Shown piece by piece: positions 11,136-24,465 of a DNA stretch of 64,000 nt. The DNA lies in NCBI RefSeq assembly GCF_018350175.1, contig NC_058383.1:29700001-29764000 (forward strand), written 5' to 3'. Made by a program: the position numbers and the translations under genes. Source of the DNA: Felis catus. Lineage: Eukaryota. Numbering within the stretch: position 1 is the first letter of the stretch; each line of letters opens with the position of its first letter. The notes below the pieces were generated by a model. It was not told the origin of the DNA, ran no database searches, and worked only from the letters and a program-made list of their open reading frames with translations.

Positions 11136-12648
11136 ATAAAAGCAGGGCTTCTCAACCTTGACCACTATTGACATTTTGGGTTGGATATTCTTTGTTTTGG
11201 GGGAACATTCACATGGTCCCTCCATGACTCGTGGGAGCCACATCTCTGGGGCAGGGAAAGTCCAGATATAGGTAAAGCTTGACCAGTAAGCCTCAGTTTG
11301 GAAAAAAGAAAATCCCTTAACGTCTTCTTGATCAAATCATCGATTACTTTCCCCAAACACGGCCTTACTGAGCAGACAAAAAGGAAGATTTTCTAAGATA
11401 GCCAACCTTTCCTGCAACTGAAAGCAAGAAAGCCGAGCTTTTGGGACTCCACTCTGGCTCAATTTTGGAAAGAAAATATGGACTGAAGTGCTTGCTTCTC
11501 TTCTCCCGGATGGCAGGAAATTGTGCACGGGCAGGAGCTTTGGAAGCCCTCTCTCCCCGCAGGGATTCTCCTAGCTTGGAAAGCAGTGTCCTTTTTATTC
11601 CTTACCATAAGATGGCACTCCCATGCCTGCACTAGGAACTAGGTTGGCTGGTGAGAGGGCTCTTTGGACGACAGCAGCAGAAAGCCACTGCACTCATCTG
11701 TATTTGCTTTACATCGCTATGCTAACAAGATGCAGACATTTTATTCCAAATGCATAAATGTTATTGAGTTTGCCAAGGATTTTTGCCTGAATCCGAGAAA
11801 GAGGACTGATGTTCAGGACCAAGGGGAGATGAAAAGCTGGGGCGGGGGGGGGGGAGGGTGGTGGTAGAAGGAACAGAAAAGCTTGTCCATCCTGGCTTGG
11901 TTCAGCTCTTCAGTCCATGTATTTATGCATTTCGTATTAACACACTGCAGTGCGGATTTCTCTGGGACTGTGGCTCACACAGAATCTTGTTCTCTGGTCT
12001 CAGTTCTGCGGGAAGCTGCAAACAGCGTGGCCCAGATGAGGGACTGCGGAAATGGAGAGGGCGTTGCCCAAGCTGGGGTTTGGTTTCTGTCAAGTTTCTG
12101 ATCCCTTGGTTGAATCTCTTTCCTGCTGACTGATGATTATCCGGAACCTCGTGTAACTGAGGATCAGGTTGCCCTCGAACGTGAGACCGCAAGTCTTCAC
12201 CATATTGATGACTGAGGGCTACATCCTGTGGCCACCCAAGCCAACACCTTCTCCCTCCCAAGTCCAGCGTGATTCTTGGATCTCACCTGAGTTGTAGGGA
12301 AGAGGAGGTGCCAGAGACACTGGTTGTCCCCTTGAGCCACTCTCCTGTCTGTCATTGCTTCAGAGAGCCCAGCTTCTTAGGTGCTGGAGATGCCTAGAGG
12401 ACTTCCAGTTTCCCAGAGTTTCTCCTACTTCTCTCTCTGTGCTTTCTTAGGAGCCGGGAAGCCTGACTATTTGACCAAATGGATGGAGGGTGGGTAGATG
12501 GGTGGATGGAAGAATAATCGAATCCCTCTGTGGTTACCTGACAGAGCACTGTATGATTTCAAACCAGACAAGCAGGTGGAATCTTGACCTTTTATTATGA
12601 AAATTAAAGATCAGGTTAGTGGGTTCTGTTCTTAAAAGGCTTAGTCTT

Positions 12649-12914
12649 GGGGCGCCTGGGTGGCTCAGACGGTTGAGCGTCCAACTTAGGCTCAGGTCAT
12701 GATCTCACAGTTCGTGAGTTCGAGCCCCTCATTGGACTCTGTGCTGACAGCTCGGAGCCTGGAGCCTGCTTTGGATTTTGTGTCTCCCTCTCTGTCTCTG
12801 CCCCTCCCCTGCTCTTGTTCTGTGTCTCCCTCTTTCTGTCCCCCCCCCACACACACCCGCTCGCACTCTGTCTCTCTCTCTCTCTCTCAAAAATAAATAA
12901 AGATTTAAAAAAAA
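12649..12914 (+). mobile_element. Can-SINE
   Basis: GGGGCGCCTGGGTGGCTCAG head; 15-bp TSD AAAAGGCTTAGTCTT; extended (CT)/(CA) region. Confidence 0.96.
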
Positions 12915-13172
12915 GGCTTAGTCTTATAGGGATTTAAGACATGTTGGTAGCTATTAAATAATCATAAAAAACTACCGGCTTTTGGGCACCTGCTATGGAC
13001 CGGGTTTATATTTATATAACCTATGTATACTTACAATATATATCAAACTATTTTTATATTTACATGCTCTTATATATTACTTAAATAGAAACTTTGATAA
13101 GTTATATATATTTATGTTATATATTTACTTTTTAAAAGAAGTCTGATATAGAATACAGTAGTTACCACCATG

Positions 13173-13446
13173 TTTTTTTCTTTTCTATTCTTTTTTTTAA
13201 ATGTTTATTTATTTATTCTTGAAAGGGAGAGAGAGAGCGTGTGTGCACACAGTGGGGGAGGGCAGGGAGAAAGAGAGAGAGAGAGAGAGAGGGAGGGAGG
13301 GAAGGAGGGAGACAGAGAATCCAAAGCAGGCTCCAGGCTCTGAGCTATCAGCACAGAGCCCAACATGGGGCGTCAACCCACGAACCGAGAGATCACGACC
13401 TGAGTCAAAGTCAGATGCTTAACCAGAATGAGCCACCAGGCGCCCC
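13173..13446 (-). mobile_element. Can-SINE
   Basis: Typical body ending 'caggcgcccc'; TSD ~ACCATG(G/T)TTTT. Confidence 0.94.
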
Positions 13447-13489
13447 GACAACCATGGTTTTCTTAGCATTCATTGTTTCCTTTCTCCTT

Positions 13490-14030
13490 CCTAATAAAAT
13501 TCTGATTTTTTTTCAGTTTTTCCCCATCCCCTACTCAGCAGATCCTTTCTTTCCCAGCTCAATGGATGGGTCCTATATAGTCTAAGCTACTTATGGTAAA
13601 TTCAACCCTCTTCCCAGTGTTTGGTTCCAGAACTGGGCTTAAGGCAATTAATGCAGAGCACCCCTCTGGATACTGTTAGTGATTCCAGACTGGATATGTG
13701 ACCCGCGTTGGTGCAGTCAGTGTAAGGAAGAACACCCCAACCATCAGCCAAATGGTGGGAAAACTTGCTGCCTTCTGTGGGCATGTACAGTGAAGCCTGT
13801 AGCTGACAGCTTTCTTGCAACTAGAGGGAAACTGGCTTTAGGATGACATTGATGCTTGGCTGGTGGAGCAGTGATATGGAAAGAACCTAGGTCCTTGATG
13901 ACATCATTGAGTGGCTGGATCAGTAATCCCGAAACCTACTTAACCTCTGGGCTGCCTGTTAAATGAGATATATTTAAAAATACCTTTATTGTTTAAGCCA
14001 GGTCAATTTGGTATTTTGACTGTTTTCAGG
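13490..14030 (+). mobile_element. Old MaLR LTR (MLT1J/K/L-like)
   Basis: 'aacctaggtccttgatgacatcattgagtggctggatcag', 'ctttattgtttaagccag'. Confidence 0.65.
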
Positions 14031-14954
14031 AACATGATTGCTTTTGTCAGACAAAAAGGAGATGGATATTCTGAGAGGTCAACAACAACAGCAGTGTCAA
14101 AAACAACAAAACAATATTAAGTGGGAAAGGCAGCATTGTAACCCTGGATGGTCCAACCTGATGGACTCCATGCTCTGGATCTAAGCCTGTGGAGTTACCT
14201 CCCACTGAAAACAATGTAGAAAGTGTTTGAACGAAAGCCAGGGGCTTGGGGAAGGGGAATAGAAAGAACTTATAACTAGGGAAGGAAAACATTGGAGACT
14301 ATTGAATGAAGCTCATTATTCCCATAGAATGTGAGACAATAGACATGTCAACAGAGGGAAAAATTGGTTAGCTACAAACTCTAGTGGAGAGAATAGTTCT
14401 ACTATAAACTTTGATAAATTTCATAGGACTAGAGATTTGATAGAAACTAAAATTGATGCCTTTGTCCATTTTGGGAGGGAACACTTTTTTTTTTTTTTTT
14501 GGCAACTTCCTCCTCTCTCCTCCTTGTTCTGTGATTAGGGAGTGAGAAGAGATGATTTTTCTATTTAAAACTGAAAAAAAAAAAGCCCAAATCCCCAATG
14601 CCTTTTTAGTCCAGAATGAAGGACACATTGACAACTAATGACAACTTGATTTTACCCTTATTCCTGCCTCTTGGAGTATGACTTCTTGGACCTTTGCCCA
14701 AAGTTATATTTGTCTGTCACTTTGGATGTTGGAAAGAAGCTTTGCAAAAGTGTTCTTTAGGGAACTTGCTGACCAAGGGAATGAATGATACTGTTTGGGG
14801 CTGGAATTTGCAGAGAGATGAGGTTGAGTGAAACTTTGATTGTCAGAAATGACAAGCAAGTGACTTCCCTGGAAAAAGTGGCAGTTTTGTTCAAGTAACA
14901 GGCCCCATGGCATGCTGCAAGAGCCTACATTTTTTATTTTGAAACGTGTTAAAA

Positions 14955-15700
14955 ATACAGAGAGCTTGAATACACATTTCTCTAACGAAAACATGGACGT
15001 GGTACATAAAAGATGTTCAACATCATCATTAGGGAAATGTCAAGCACTACAACAAGGAAATGCAACTGCGCACATATTAGGATGGTGATTTTTAAGAAAA
15101 GGGAAAACAAGCACTGGCAAAGATGGGGAGAAACTAGAAGCTGTGTGCATTGCTGATGGGCATGTAAGGGGGTGCAGCCGCCATGGAAAAGAGTGTGGTG
15201 GTTCCTCAAACAATTAGGCATCGAGTTACCATATGATCTAACAATTCCATTGGCAGGTATATATTGCAAAAAATGGAAAACAGGGACTCAAATAGCTGTA
15301 TGTCAGTGTCTACAGCAGCATGATTTACAAGAGCCAGCATGTGGAGACCACCAAACTGTCCATCAACAAACGAATGGAGAAACCAAAGGTGGTCTTTCTA
15401 TATAAAGGAATATTATTCAGCCATAAAAAGGCTGGCCTTGTGACACATGCTACAACATGGACAAAAACATTGTCTTAAGTGAAATAAGCCAATGTAAGAG
15501 GACAAATATTATAGGCCTCCACTTGTATGAAATATCTGGGATGGTCAAATGCATAGGGACCAAAGGTAGATTAGGTTGCTGACAGAAAGGGGAAGGAGGG
15601 GCGGTTGTTTAATGGGTACAGTTTTTCTTGAGGCTGATGATAAAATTTTAGAAATAGTGATGAAGGTTGCACAACATTGTGAAGATAATTCATAACATTT
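14955..15700 (+). mobile_element. Old L1 3' end (L1MB-like)
   Basis: Degenerate ORF2 C-terminus ('gttaccatatgatctaacaattccat') plus old 3' UTR ('tttaatgggtacagttt'). Confidence 0.8.
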
Positions 15701-15865
15701 AAAGAAAAATGTAGAAAAATACTAAAAAACATAGAAAAAAAAGAAACAACAGCAGGATATACAACAATCACCCATGTCCTCATTGGGTGGAATGAACAAT
15801 ACTAATATTTTATCATATTTACCCTAGATATTTACATGGCTGGTGAAGTTATTCCTCCATAGCAT

Positions 15866-16334
15866 ATGTGATGGATGCCCTCTGCCACATCCCTGTGGTT
15901 GGTCTGAGTCCCCTTGCTGCTACCTTGGAGAGTGTCCATGCATCTTGATGGTATGAACCTCAAAAGCCTGCATTTCTCAACTTCTTGTGAGGAGAGCTTT
16001 CTCCAGTGGCAAGGGAGCTCGCTCTCTGTCCACAAGTCAATCCGAAAAGGTGTAGAAAAGCAATGCCGGGAGGTCATCCCTCAAACAATGAGAGATGAGA
16101 ATTAGGACAATAGGGTCTCAGATTCCTCATCCCTTTGCGGATCAAGTCTGAGGCATATTCCCTTGTGGCTCTTCAGAGGGTCCCCAGTGAGACTGGGTTG
16201 TCACAGCAGTAACCCTCTGATTAACGCACGATTTATTGGCTTTTGTCCCCTCCCTTTCCCCACTTCGCGCAATTGCTATCCCTGAAGAACTCCTTATTTT
16301 AGGCTCTGGTTTCTGTTGATCCCAAACTAGGACA
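15866..16334 (+). mobile_element. Old ERVL LTR (LTR16-like)
   Basis: Starts 'tgtgatggatg', contains 'cagagggtccccagtgagactg', ends 'cccaaactaggaca'. Confidence 0.55.
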
Positions 16335-16794
16335 TTCCCTTTCTTCTCATTCCCCTCTTTGCTCATAAGAGGCAATCATTTCCATGAAGTTAGTGTAAAT
16401 GCTCCTGATGGACATTTTCTTACATGTGTAGCTAACATGTCAACATACGCTTTAATGGGTTTTAAATAATTTTGTGAATGATATCAGCGTGTGTGTGTGT
16501 GCAAGTCTGCAACTTGCTTTTTCTCACCCAATATGTTTTCAAGATTGCTCTATGTGATAGTAAAGATCTGGGTCATTATTTTTACTTCTGTGTTCAATTT
16601 TAACCATTGTAAGACCGAACCCCCATGATGAGTATTTCCCTTTTTCCATATATTTTGCTATTACAAACAGTGTTTCAATGACCACACTCATACCCTTATT
16701 TTATTTTAAAGAAATGTATCCAGAAGTGGAATTGTTGGATTGGAGAGTATGCATAAACGATAACTTTTGAAAAGTGCATTAAGAGGCTACCTGC

Positions 16795-17115
16795 AGATAA
16801 CATAAAATTAACCATTTAAAAGTCAGTGTCATTGACTACAGTCACAATGTTGTGCAACCACTACCTCTTCCTAGTTCCAAACATTTCCATCACTCAAAAA
16901 GGAACTCCCATATCAGTAGCAGACACTCCCCATTATTCTCTCCCCCCAGGTCCTTGCAATTACTGTTCAACTTTCTATCTCTATGGTGTGCCTGTTCTGG
17001 ATATTTCATATAAATTAAACTATCCATTTCATCACCTTGTATATCTGGCATCTTTCACTGGCCATGTTTTTTTCTTCTTATTTTTGAGAGAGAGACAGAG
17101 TGTGAGCAGGGGAGG

Positions 17116-17165
<50 letters not shown>

Positions 17166-17530
17166 CTGGGAAGCAGGCTCTAGGCTCCGAGCTGTCAGCA
17201 CAGAGCCCAAAGTGGTGCTTGAACCCATGAGCCATGAGATCATGATCTGAGCTGAAGTCAGATGCTTAACTGACTGAGCCATCCAGGCACCCCTCACTGG
17301 GCATGTTTTTAAGGTTCGTGCATTATTACAGCTTCTATCATAGGTTTTTTTTTTTAATGACTCAATGATATCCCATTATATGTAAATATCACATTTTGTG
17401 TTTCCATTCATCTGTTGATGGACATTGGGGCCATATGCACCTTTCAGCTGTTGCGAATAGTGCTGCTATCAATATGCATGTACCTGCATGTGTTTGAATA
17501 CCTGTTTTCAATCCTTTGGGGTATACACCG
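16795..17530 (-). mobile_element. Old L1 3' end (L1MB-like), interrupted by a SINE
   Basis: 'aatgttgtgcaaccactacc', 'ccattcatctgttgatggacattggg'. Confidence 0.8.
17066..17293 (-). mobile_element. Can-SINE
   Basis: TSD CACTGG(C/G)CATGTTTTT; long (GA)n. Confidence 0.95.
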
Positions 17531-18007
17531 TAAACAATAACTTTTACATCAGAAAGTTTGGAATGGTTGGATCCAAAGCATTTGTGGTCAACCATGTGTT
17601 TGTCTGAAATGTGGGGATAAACACCAGCAGCTCTAACCTAGACAGAGATCATGTAGTTGCTAGAATTAGAAACTCTATCAAATTAGTTTAAGAGAAGTGG
17701 TTTATTGGAAGGATACAACAGGACATCTTATTGATGCCCAAAGACTGAAAACAAAGTACAGGAGAGCCTCCAAAAAACTGGAGTTGGAAAGTTCAGGGGT
17801 AGGGCTAAGCCCTTTGCTAGTCATACAGTTCCCTCCTTCTCTCTACAACCCAGTTTACTTATGAGGACACTCATGGCGGAAGCTTTAGAATGTCCTGGAA
17901 GCAAGGATTTTAGCAGCACTCCAAAGATGTGCTGGAAAAAGAGGGCAATCTCCCAAGTATCTGCCCTGCAACATTTCATGCCTTTGTGCCTTTGGTCATG
18001 CTTCTCC

Positions 18008-18191
18008 TCATCCGACTTCAGCTCAGGTCACTATCTCAAGGTTGGTGAGTTCCAGCCCCACATCAGGCTCTCTGTTGTCAGCTCAGAGCCTGCTTCAGAT
18101 CCTCTGTTCCCCTCTCTCTCTGCCCCTCCCCCACTTGCAATTTCTCTCTCTCAAAAATAAATAAACATTTAAAAAAGAAAAAGAAAAAAAA
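18008..18191 (+). mobile_element. 5'-truncated Can-SINE
   Basis: Begins at 'catccgacttcagctcaggtca'; (CT)n and A tail. Confidence 0.88.
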
Positions 18192-18370
18192 ACCCATGGG
18201 GCTTTACCAACATTCCCTCCTGGCCTCCCCATGACTTACCACTCCATTACTTTGTTAATTTGAACACTTAACTACATGCTAGACAACTAACAGCACGAAC
18301 TTGGGGGCCAGACTGCATGCATTTGAATCCCATCCACTCTCCTCCTGTGGTCTCTGACAAGCGCCTAGAC

Positions 18371-18585
18371 TTTTTTTTTTTTCAACATTTATTTATTTTG
18401 GGGACAGAGAGAGACAGAGCGTGAACAGGGGAGGGGCAGAGAGAGAGGGAGACACAGAATCGGAAACAGGCTCCAGGCTCTGAGCCATCAGCCCAGAGCC
18501 CGACGTGGGGCTCGAACTCACGGACCGCGAGATCGTGACCTGGCTGAAGTCGGACGCTTAACCGACTGTGCCACCCAGGCGCCCC
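18371..18585 (-). mobile_element. Young felid-type Can-SINE (SINEC_Fc-like) inserted in a MIR
   Basis: CpG-rich body 'cacggaccgcgagatcgtgacctggctgaagtcggacgc'; TSD AGACTTTT. Confidence 0.95.
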
Positions 18586-20765
18586 GAGACTTTTATGCAT
18601 CTGTAAAATGGGAAGGTCGACTGCACCTACCTCACAGTGTCATAGTGAGGATCAAATGAGCTAATGTACGCACAGCTTCTAGAAGCTTCCTGGCAGCAGC
18701 CTCGTCCCAACACATGATCTGTCTTAACCCTCAGGACAACAGTGCAAGATAGCTGATGCCACCCCACTTTACAGAAGAGGAGACTGAGGTCAGAGGAGAC
18801 CCAGGTTGTGAAGTCAGGCCCATCACCACATCATGCTGGTGCCCTCTCCCTTATATCATTCTGCTAAATTGTTCTTTCCATCTACAGCTTATTTTAGAAC
18901 TGCAGAACATCCCTGCTTCTCTGCTGCTTCATCCTGTGTATTATTTTGACTCCAAATGGCAGCCCAGAGCCCCTGCTTCACTTGTCTTTTTTATTGGTGT
19001 AGCAGATGATGAGATGGATCCCTTTACTCCAGCAATTGGGATTGAAAATATATTTCTTGAGAACTGGGACTTGAATTTCTGTACTTGCCGTAAATTGGCC
19101 TTCCCTCCCCTTCCACTGATCACTGCTTAGAATTGCTTCTTATGGAAAGGGTCTCTGAGTAAAAAAAAGAAAAAGAAAAAGAAATTGGAAATTCCATTGG
19201 CAGGGGCTCCAGGTTAGAGCTCTACCCCCTGGCTCCTTAAACTGATTATTTGTGGGCCAGGAATCCATGGGCTTCTTGCAAGAAGCCCTTTGGGTGAACG
19301 CTGGTGGGATTTTGGAGAGGGCTTTGCCGTAATACCTTACTGGAAGCGAGCAGCTCTGGGGGGCCGCAGTAGATAGGTTGAAGCAGCCTATATTGCTAAG
19401 CGGTTTAAAGCAGACCATTTCCAGCACAGTTGAAAGTAAAGAAAAAGGCTTATTCTGCAGAAGTGGGAACTTAGTAATGCCAACACAAAGAACTGGGACT
19501 TCTAGGAGAGCTCTGAGGCTGGGTCTCTTGCAGAGCGTTCCATTAAAATGCTTCTTTAAGCAGCAACTAGGCTGGACCCTCTCAGATGTATTTACTGGCC
19601 ATTAGCTGCTGCGAGGAGAAGATGGGGAGCAATAAACGGAGGGGTTACAAATTAAAAGGTAGAAATTTTGTCATCAAAAGTGGAGAAATGGCTGTGGGGA
19701 AGCTTCTAAAACTCCAAGGTAAATTCATCGCAAAAATTAAAGAAATGGATCCTTTTAACTCAAATTCGACTTAGAGGCAACCATCTCCAAAGTTTGGCAG
19801 ACACTGTTCCCCCTGCTGGGGGGTAGAGGGGTGCTGGAGGGGGGCAGGTCTCTGTCCAGCTGACACTCTATCTTCTGCCTTGCCTCTGGGGCACCTGGAC
19901 CAGTGAGTTCCAAGCTCTGGGGCAGAGAAGGGAGGCCAAAAAACCTCTTGACGGCCTCATCTTAGAAGTGACCAGCACTAGACATGTGACCCCCTCCTTA
20001 CCGCAGAGGAAGCTAGGAAATGTTGGGGTGCGCATTTAACTGTCTCTATGACACGGTCCCCTCCCCACTCCCAAGACCAGGGGAAGTGTCCTGCCTCTGG
20101 AGTTTTGAATCATTCAATCATAGCACATCTTTGCTCTCTGTCTCTCTGTCCCTCTCTCTCTCTCTTTTTTTTTTTTTTTTTTTTTTTTTTGGTCATTGCT
20201 TGTTTACTACCCAACCCAAGTCCCAAACCTACAAGCTCCTGGAGAGAAAGCACTAAACTTATCCACCATGGCATCCCTTACACGCAACCCAACACAGCAC
20301 ATGGTGAGGGTTCACTACATAGTTGTCGAACATGTGAAAACAAGAAGAAATAGGTGAGTCTTCTGGAAACATAGTCATACAGGAAAAAAAAAATGGAGAC
20401 ATCATCGTTTTTATAAAGTCTCTCACCTAGGAGGTGAGTGCTGTATCTATCTGTGTGTCAGATGGCTTTTAATCTCCTAGATATCAGTCAGGTCTCTTTG
20501 ATCTGAGAATCTTCAGACTGGAGTATTTGGAACCTCTCCCCACCTCCCTCCCCAAATTTGTACACGTGGTGGATTCAATGCTGGGCTCTGTTCAAAGTTT
20601 CATGACTTTTTTTCTGCTAGCCTGTCAATCATGACTTGTTTTATGGTTTCCAATCATGCACACACAAATTAGGGAGAATAAGCTCATGACTTTTTTCTCC
20701 CAAACATGATGGGTATTTTAAAAATATTACTATTTATATACAAAGTAATTCTGATACAGTTATTT

Positions 20766-21637
20766 ATAGGGGATATATGTTGGTCATCTGAATGATCAAA
20801 TATATATTTTTATATATATTGGGCCTTCACCACAGTGCCTAGCTAATTGCTTTCCAATCCTTGGAGTTTCTTGTATTGAGGGTGATAAAGGTCTCTTTTG
20901 TAGTGTTAATGAGGTGACTTTTGAGAAGCTCCGTGTGGAGCCTGGTTGCCAATGGAGCCAACCACGTGATTTAGGGGACTGGAATTTTCAGTCCCACCCA
21001 CTAACCCTCCCTCTGCCCCCTCTCCCCCCCAAAGGAGAGGGGCTGGAGGCTAATAAATGCCATGGGAGCAGGATTTAATCATCCAAACCTATGTAAGGAA
21101 GTCTCCATAAAAAGGACAGTGTTTGGAGAGCTTCTAGGTTGGTGAACACATACATATTCTGGGGGAGTTGTGCCTGGGGAGGGCATGGAAGCCCGTGCCC
21201 TTTCCCCCTCTACTGTGTTCTACGCATCTCTTCTGTCTCAGCTGCTCCTGAATTAGTAAGTAAAATGTTCCTCTGAGTTCTGTGAGCCACTCTAGCAAAT
21301 TAATTAAACCTGAGGACGGGGGTCCTGGGAACCCCTGATTTCTAGGCAGTTGGTCAGAAATACAGGTAACAACCTGGACTTGAACTTGACATCCTGAATT
21401 GGAAGGGGAGTCTTCCGAAACTCCAATTTGTAGTGGGTCAATGAGAAGCACAGGTAACAACCTGGGATAGTGACTGACCTCCAAAATTGAAAGCAGTTTT
21501 GTGGGCCTGAGTTCCTTACCTGTGGAAACTGATCTCTGCGTAGATAGTGTCAGAATTGAGTTGAATTGGGTTGAATTCTTGGACATCAGCTAGTTGGTGT
21601 GGGGAAGCCTACACAGACACACACACACACACACACA

Positions 21638-21692
<55 letters not shown>

Positions 21693-21720
21693 GAGAACTG
21701 GACCCTAAAACCCCAAAGAG
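20766..21720 (+). mobile_element. Solo LTR, MER21-like
   Basis: 'gttaatgaggtgactt', 'ggagagcttctaggttggtgaacac', 'ctgagttctgtgagccactctagcaaattaat', 'caggtaacaacctgg' twice. Confidence 0.75.
21611..21690. repeat. (CA)n microsatellite
   Basis: Direct reading. Confidence 0.95.
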
Positions 21721-21741
21721 TAATACATACTTTTAGGGCAT

Positions 21742-22672
21742 GTGTTAGTTAGGGTCATACTAGCTGCTACAACAGCAACAAAACCCATCAATACTGGTGG
21801 CTTATTAAAAACTTTCTAGCTTATATAGCAGCCTAGTGTGCATATTCTCAGGGGGCAGGCAGCCCACCATGTGGCAAATTGAGGAAGCAGCCTCCTATCT
21901 TGCTGCCTTGGGGTCTTCTGCTTCCACTTTGGCTTCAGTCCATTGGTGAAATCCAGTTATGGTCCTTGGAGTGTCCAGCCTAGACACAAAGCATGATGGG
22001 AAATGTAGTCCATGTCTGGACAGCTACTCCCTATACATGTCCCAGGGACATTTGCTGCCTGCCTCTCCAGCATCACTATTCATCATAACAAAAACTACTT
22101 TGATTTTCTTTGGTCGAATTCACCCTTTACCATTCTCAGCCATGTGATTTAGATGGGGTTGACTCTTGCCACAGTGGGTGGGCTCTGCTTCCTGTAAGCC
22201 AAATTAGCAAGTCACATACTACTAGCCATAATGATTGGGTTAGGTATGGGTACATCATCTAATTCAGGCCATTAAGAAAAGCAGAACCTCAGACTTGTGT
22301 TAGAGTAGTCAGAGACCCTCCCTGTTATTTTCTGGGTGAGTATGTGAGGTGTGGAATAGTTTCTGTCATTTTGATGTTGTGGGAGAGCCAATCTGGAACT
22401 GTGTGTGTGTGTGCGTGTGTGTGTAGAATAAGGTGGGAGGAGGGTCGGGACTTCCACTTGGAGCCAGAAGATGAAGCCAATGTTTAGAAAGTAGAGCCCT
22501 GAGATAGTTAGAAGCCAGATTCTTGGTGATCTTATTGCCGAGGCTGGATTACGCCTTTTGCTTGCAACCCACCCTATTTCCTGAAGTTAGATTGGTAAAT
22601 AAGTCCCATTATTGTGAAGGCAGCTTGAGTTGGGAGCTTTATCGCTTGTGATACAAAAAATGTACTAACCAA
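21742..22672. mobile_element. Old MaLR (MLT1) LTR fragments
   Basis: 'tgtgttagttagggtcatactagctgc' start; 'ccattattgtgaaggcagcttgagttggg...ctaaccaata' end. Confidence 0.55.
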
Positions 22673-22893
22673 TATGGACAATTTGGGTGAAATAAAAACA
22701 TCAAAAAAGCTTGGCAAAGCATAAAGGCGACCACAGAAACATTTTCAGTATTTCCACAGGAGACATTTTAGTAGTTTTTACGATCATGCTGCATGTTTAA
22801 TTGAATCCTACTTTTTCTCTTAGCATGATTTGGAACCATGTCTCCATGTCATTAAAAACTTGTTTTGAGTATCGTTTAAAGTGGCTTGTTCTA

Positions 22894-23096
22894 GGGGTCC
22901 TGGGTAGCTCAGTTGGTTAAGCGCTCGACTTTGGCTCAGATCATGATCTCCCAGTTTGCGAGTTCGAGCCCCGCATTGGGCTCCGTGCTGACAGCTCAGA
23001 GCCTGGAGCCTGCTTTGGATTATCTCCCTCTTTCTCTGCCATTCCGCCACTCACACTCTGTCTCTCTCTCTCTCTCTCAAAAATAAACATAAAGAA
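22894..23096 (+). mobile_element. Can-SINE
   Basis: Typical body; diverged TSD TTTAAAGTGGCTTGTTC / TTTAAGATGGTTTGTTC. Confidence 0.93.
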
Positions 23097-23697
23097 ACAC
23101 TTTAAGATGGTTTGTTCCATATTCTAGTTTGTTACTGCTCCCTAATTATTGGGCATTTAGGTTGCTTTGAGTTTTTGCTTCCTTGAGTTTTTCTGTAGGA
23201 TGGATTCTCAGAGGTGAAATTTCTTGGTCGAAGTGTATGAGCATTGTGAAGAGCTTGGTAACAAGTGCCAAATTATTTTCTGGAACAGTCAGGCCAATTA
23301 TGCTCCCTGTGGCAATGGGCATCAGAGCTCAAATGTACCTAAGTCAGCATATATGTATCCCAACCATCTTGGTCCATAGTGGCCCTTCATTTTTAATTTC
23401 CTTCATTACTGTTACTTCATTTTGTTTTTTTACATACGTATCTCCTGACCTGGTGTTGCATATACTCCGGAACCTCTGATTCTTGGCCTGTTTGGCCTCT
23501 AACACTTGGCCTCTGATATTTGGCCTCCTAAGTCAGCTTCTAAATCATCTTCACATGATTCCAAATGGCATAGACCAGGGCTTCTCACCCTCAGACTGGT
23601 GACATTTGATTAGTGACACACATATATACATGCACAAGTATATATAGCTACATAGAGATCTCTATCTCTGTCTCCTTGGTACACGTATTTTTAAATT

Positions 23698-24046
23698 TTC
23701 TATATGTTATTATGTTTTGACACCTTAAACAATCTTTCTGGCTGGGGAGAGAGACACTGCCCTTCTGGGCTAAATATGGCAAAGGGACAAGCAGGGAAGG
23801 CACACCTTTGATATGCAAACTAACCAACAGAGCCCTTCTATCTGGCCCTCACTGCCCAGCAGGCTCTGCCTTGGCTTTAATCATAGCAGAGCAGGTCTCA
23901 GGCAGCTGAAGACACCCGGTAGCCCAGAGCCTGCTGGACGGTTTCCAGCTAGCCCACCTTGAACTGTTGACCTTGTCTTGCCTTGCCTTTTTTTTTTTCC
24001 CACTCACATGTGGGATTTTATTTTTTAATTTTTGTTAATGTTTATC

Positions 24047-24107
<61 letters not shown>

Positions 24108-24465
24108 GAGCGGGGGAGAGGCAGACAGAGAGGGGGACAAAGGAAGGATCTGTAGCTGACAGCACGGAGCCCGATGGGAGGGTCTTAATTCACAAAACTG
24201 TAGATCATAACCTGAGTTGAAGCCACTTAACTGATTGAGCCACCCAAGAGCCCCCGCCTTGCCTTTCTTATGGAAACTTCAGTAAACCTTGACCTGAGCT
24301 CTCCCCTTGCTGCTGTCTGATGTTTTTCCCGTGACCCTCTGTGCATGGCCTGTGGTGACTCCCTCTCTAGAATCTGTGCATACAATAAATGTTATTCTAC
24401 AAGCATTGTCCTGTTTACTACCATAGCTGCATCTGACTGGCCATCCCCAGAACACACAGTGAAAG
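23698..24465 (+). mobile_element. ERVL solo LTR (MER73/MER74-like), interrupted by a SINE
   Basis: 'tgttttgacacctt...ggctggggagagagacactgccc', 'ctttgatatgcaaactaacc', AATAAA at 24384. Confidence 0.6.
23988..24255 (-). mobile_element. Can-SINE with long (GA)n and a composite tail
   Basis: TSD GCCTTGCCTTT (23980-23990 / 24256-24266). Confidence 0.9.

Noticed and set aside
12131..12215. C/D-box snoRNA-like motifs (TGATGA 12131, CTGA 12157, TGATGA 12206, CTGA 12212)
   Set aside because: Non-canonical spacing (putative C' abuts D; D'-C' gap of 45 nt), no convincing terminal stem, no recognisable guide.
19586..19774. Faint CR1/L3 C-terminus resemblance (KRRGYKLKGRNF)
   Set aside because: Too short and weak to support without a profile search.
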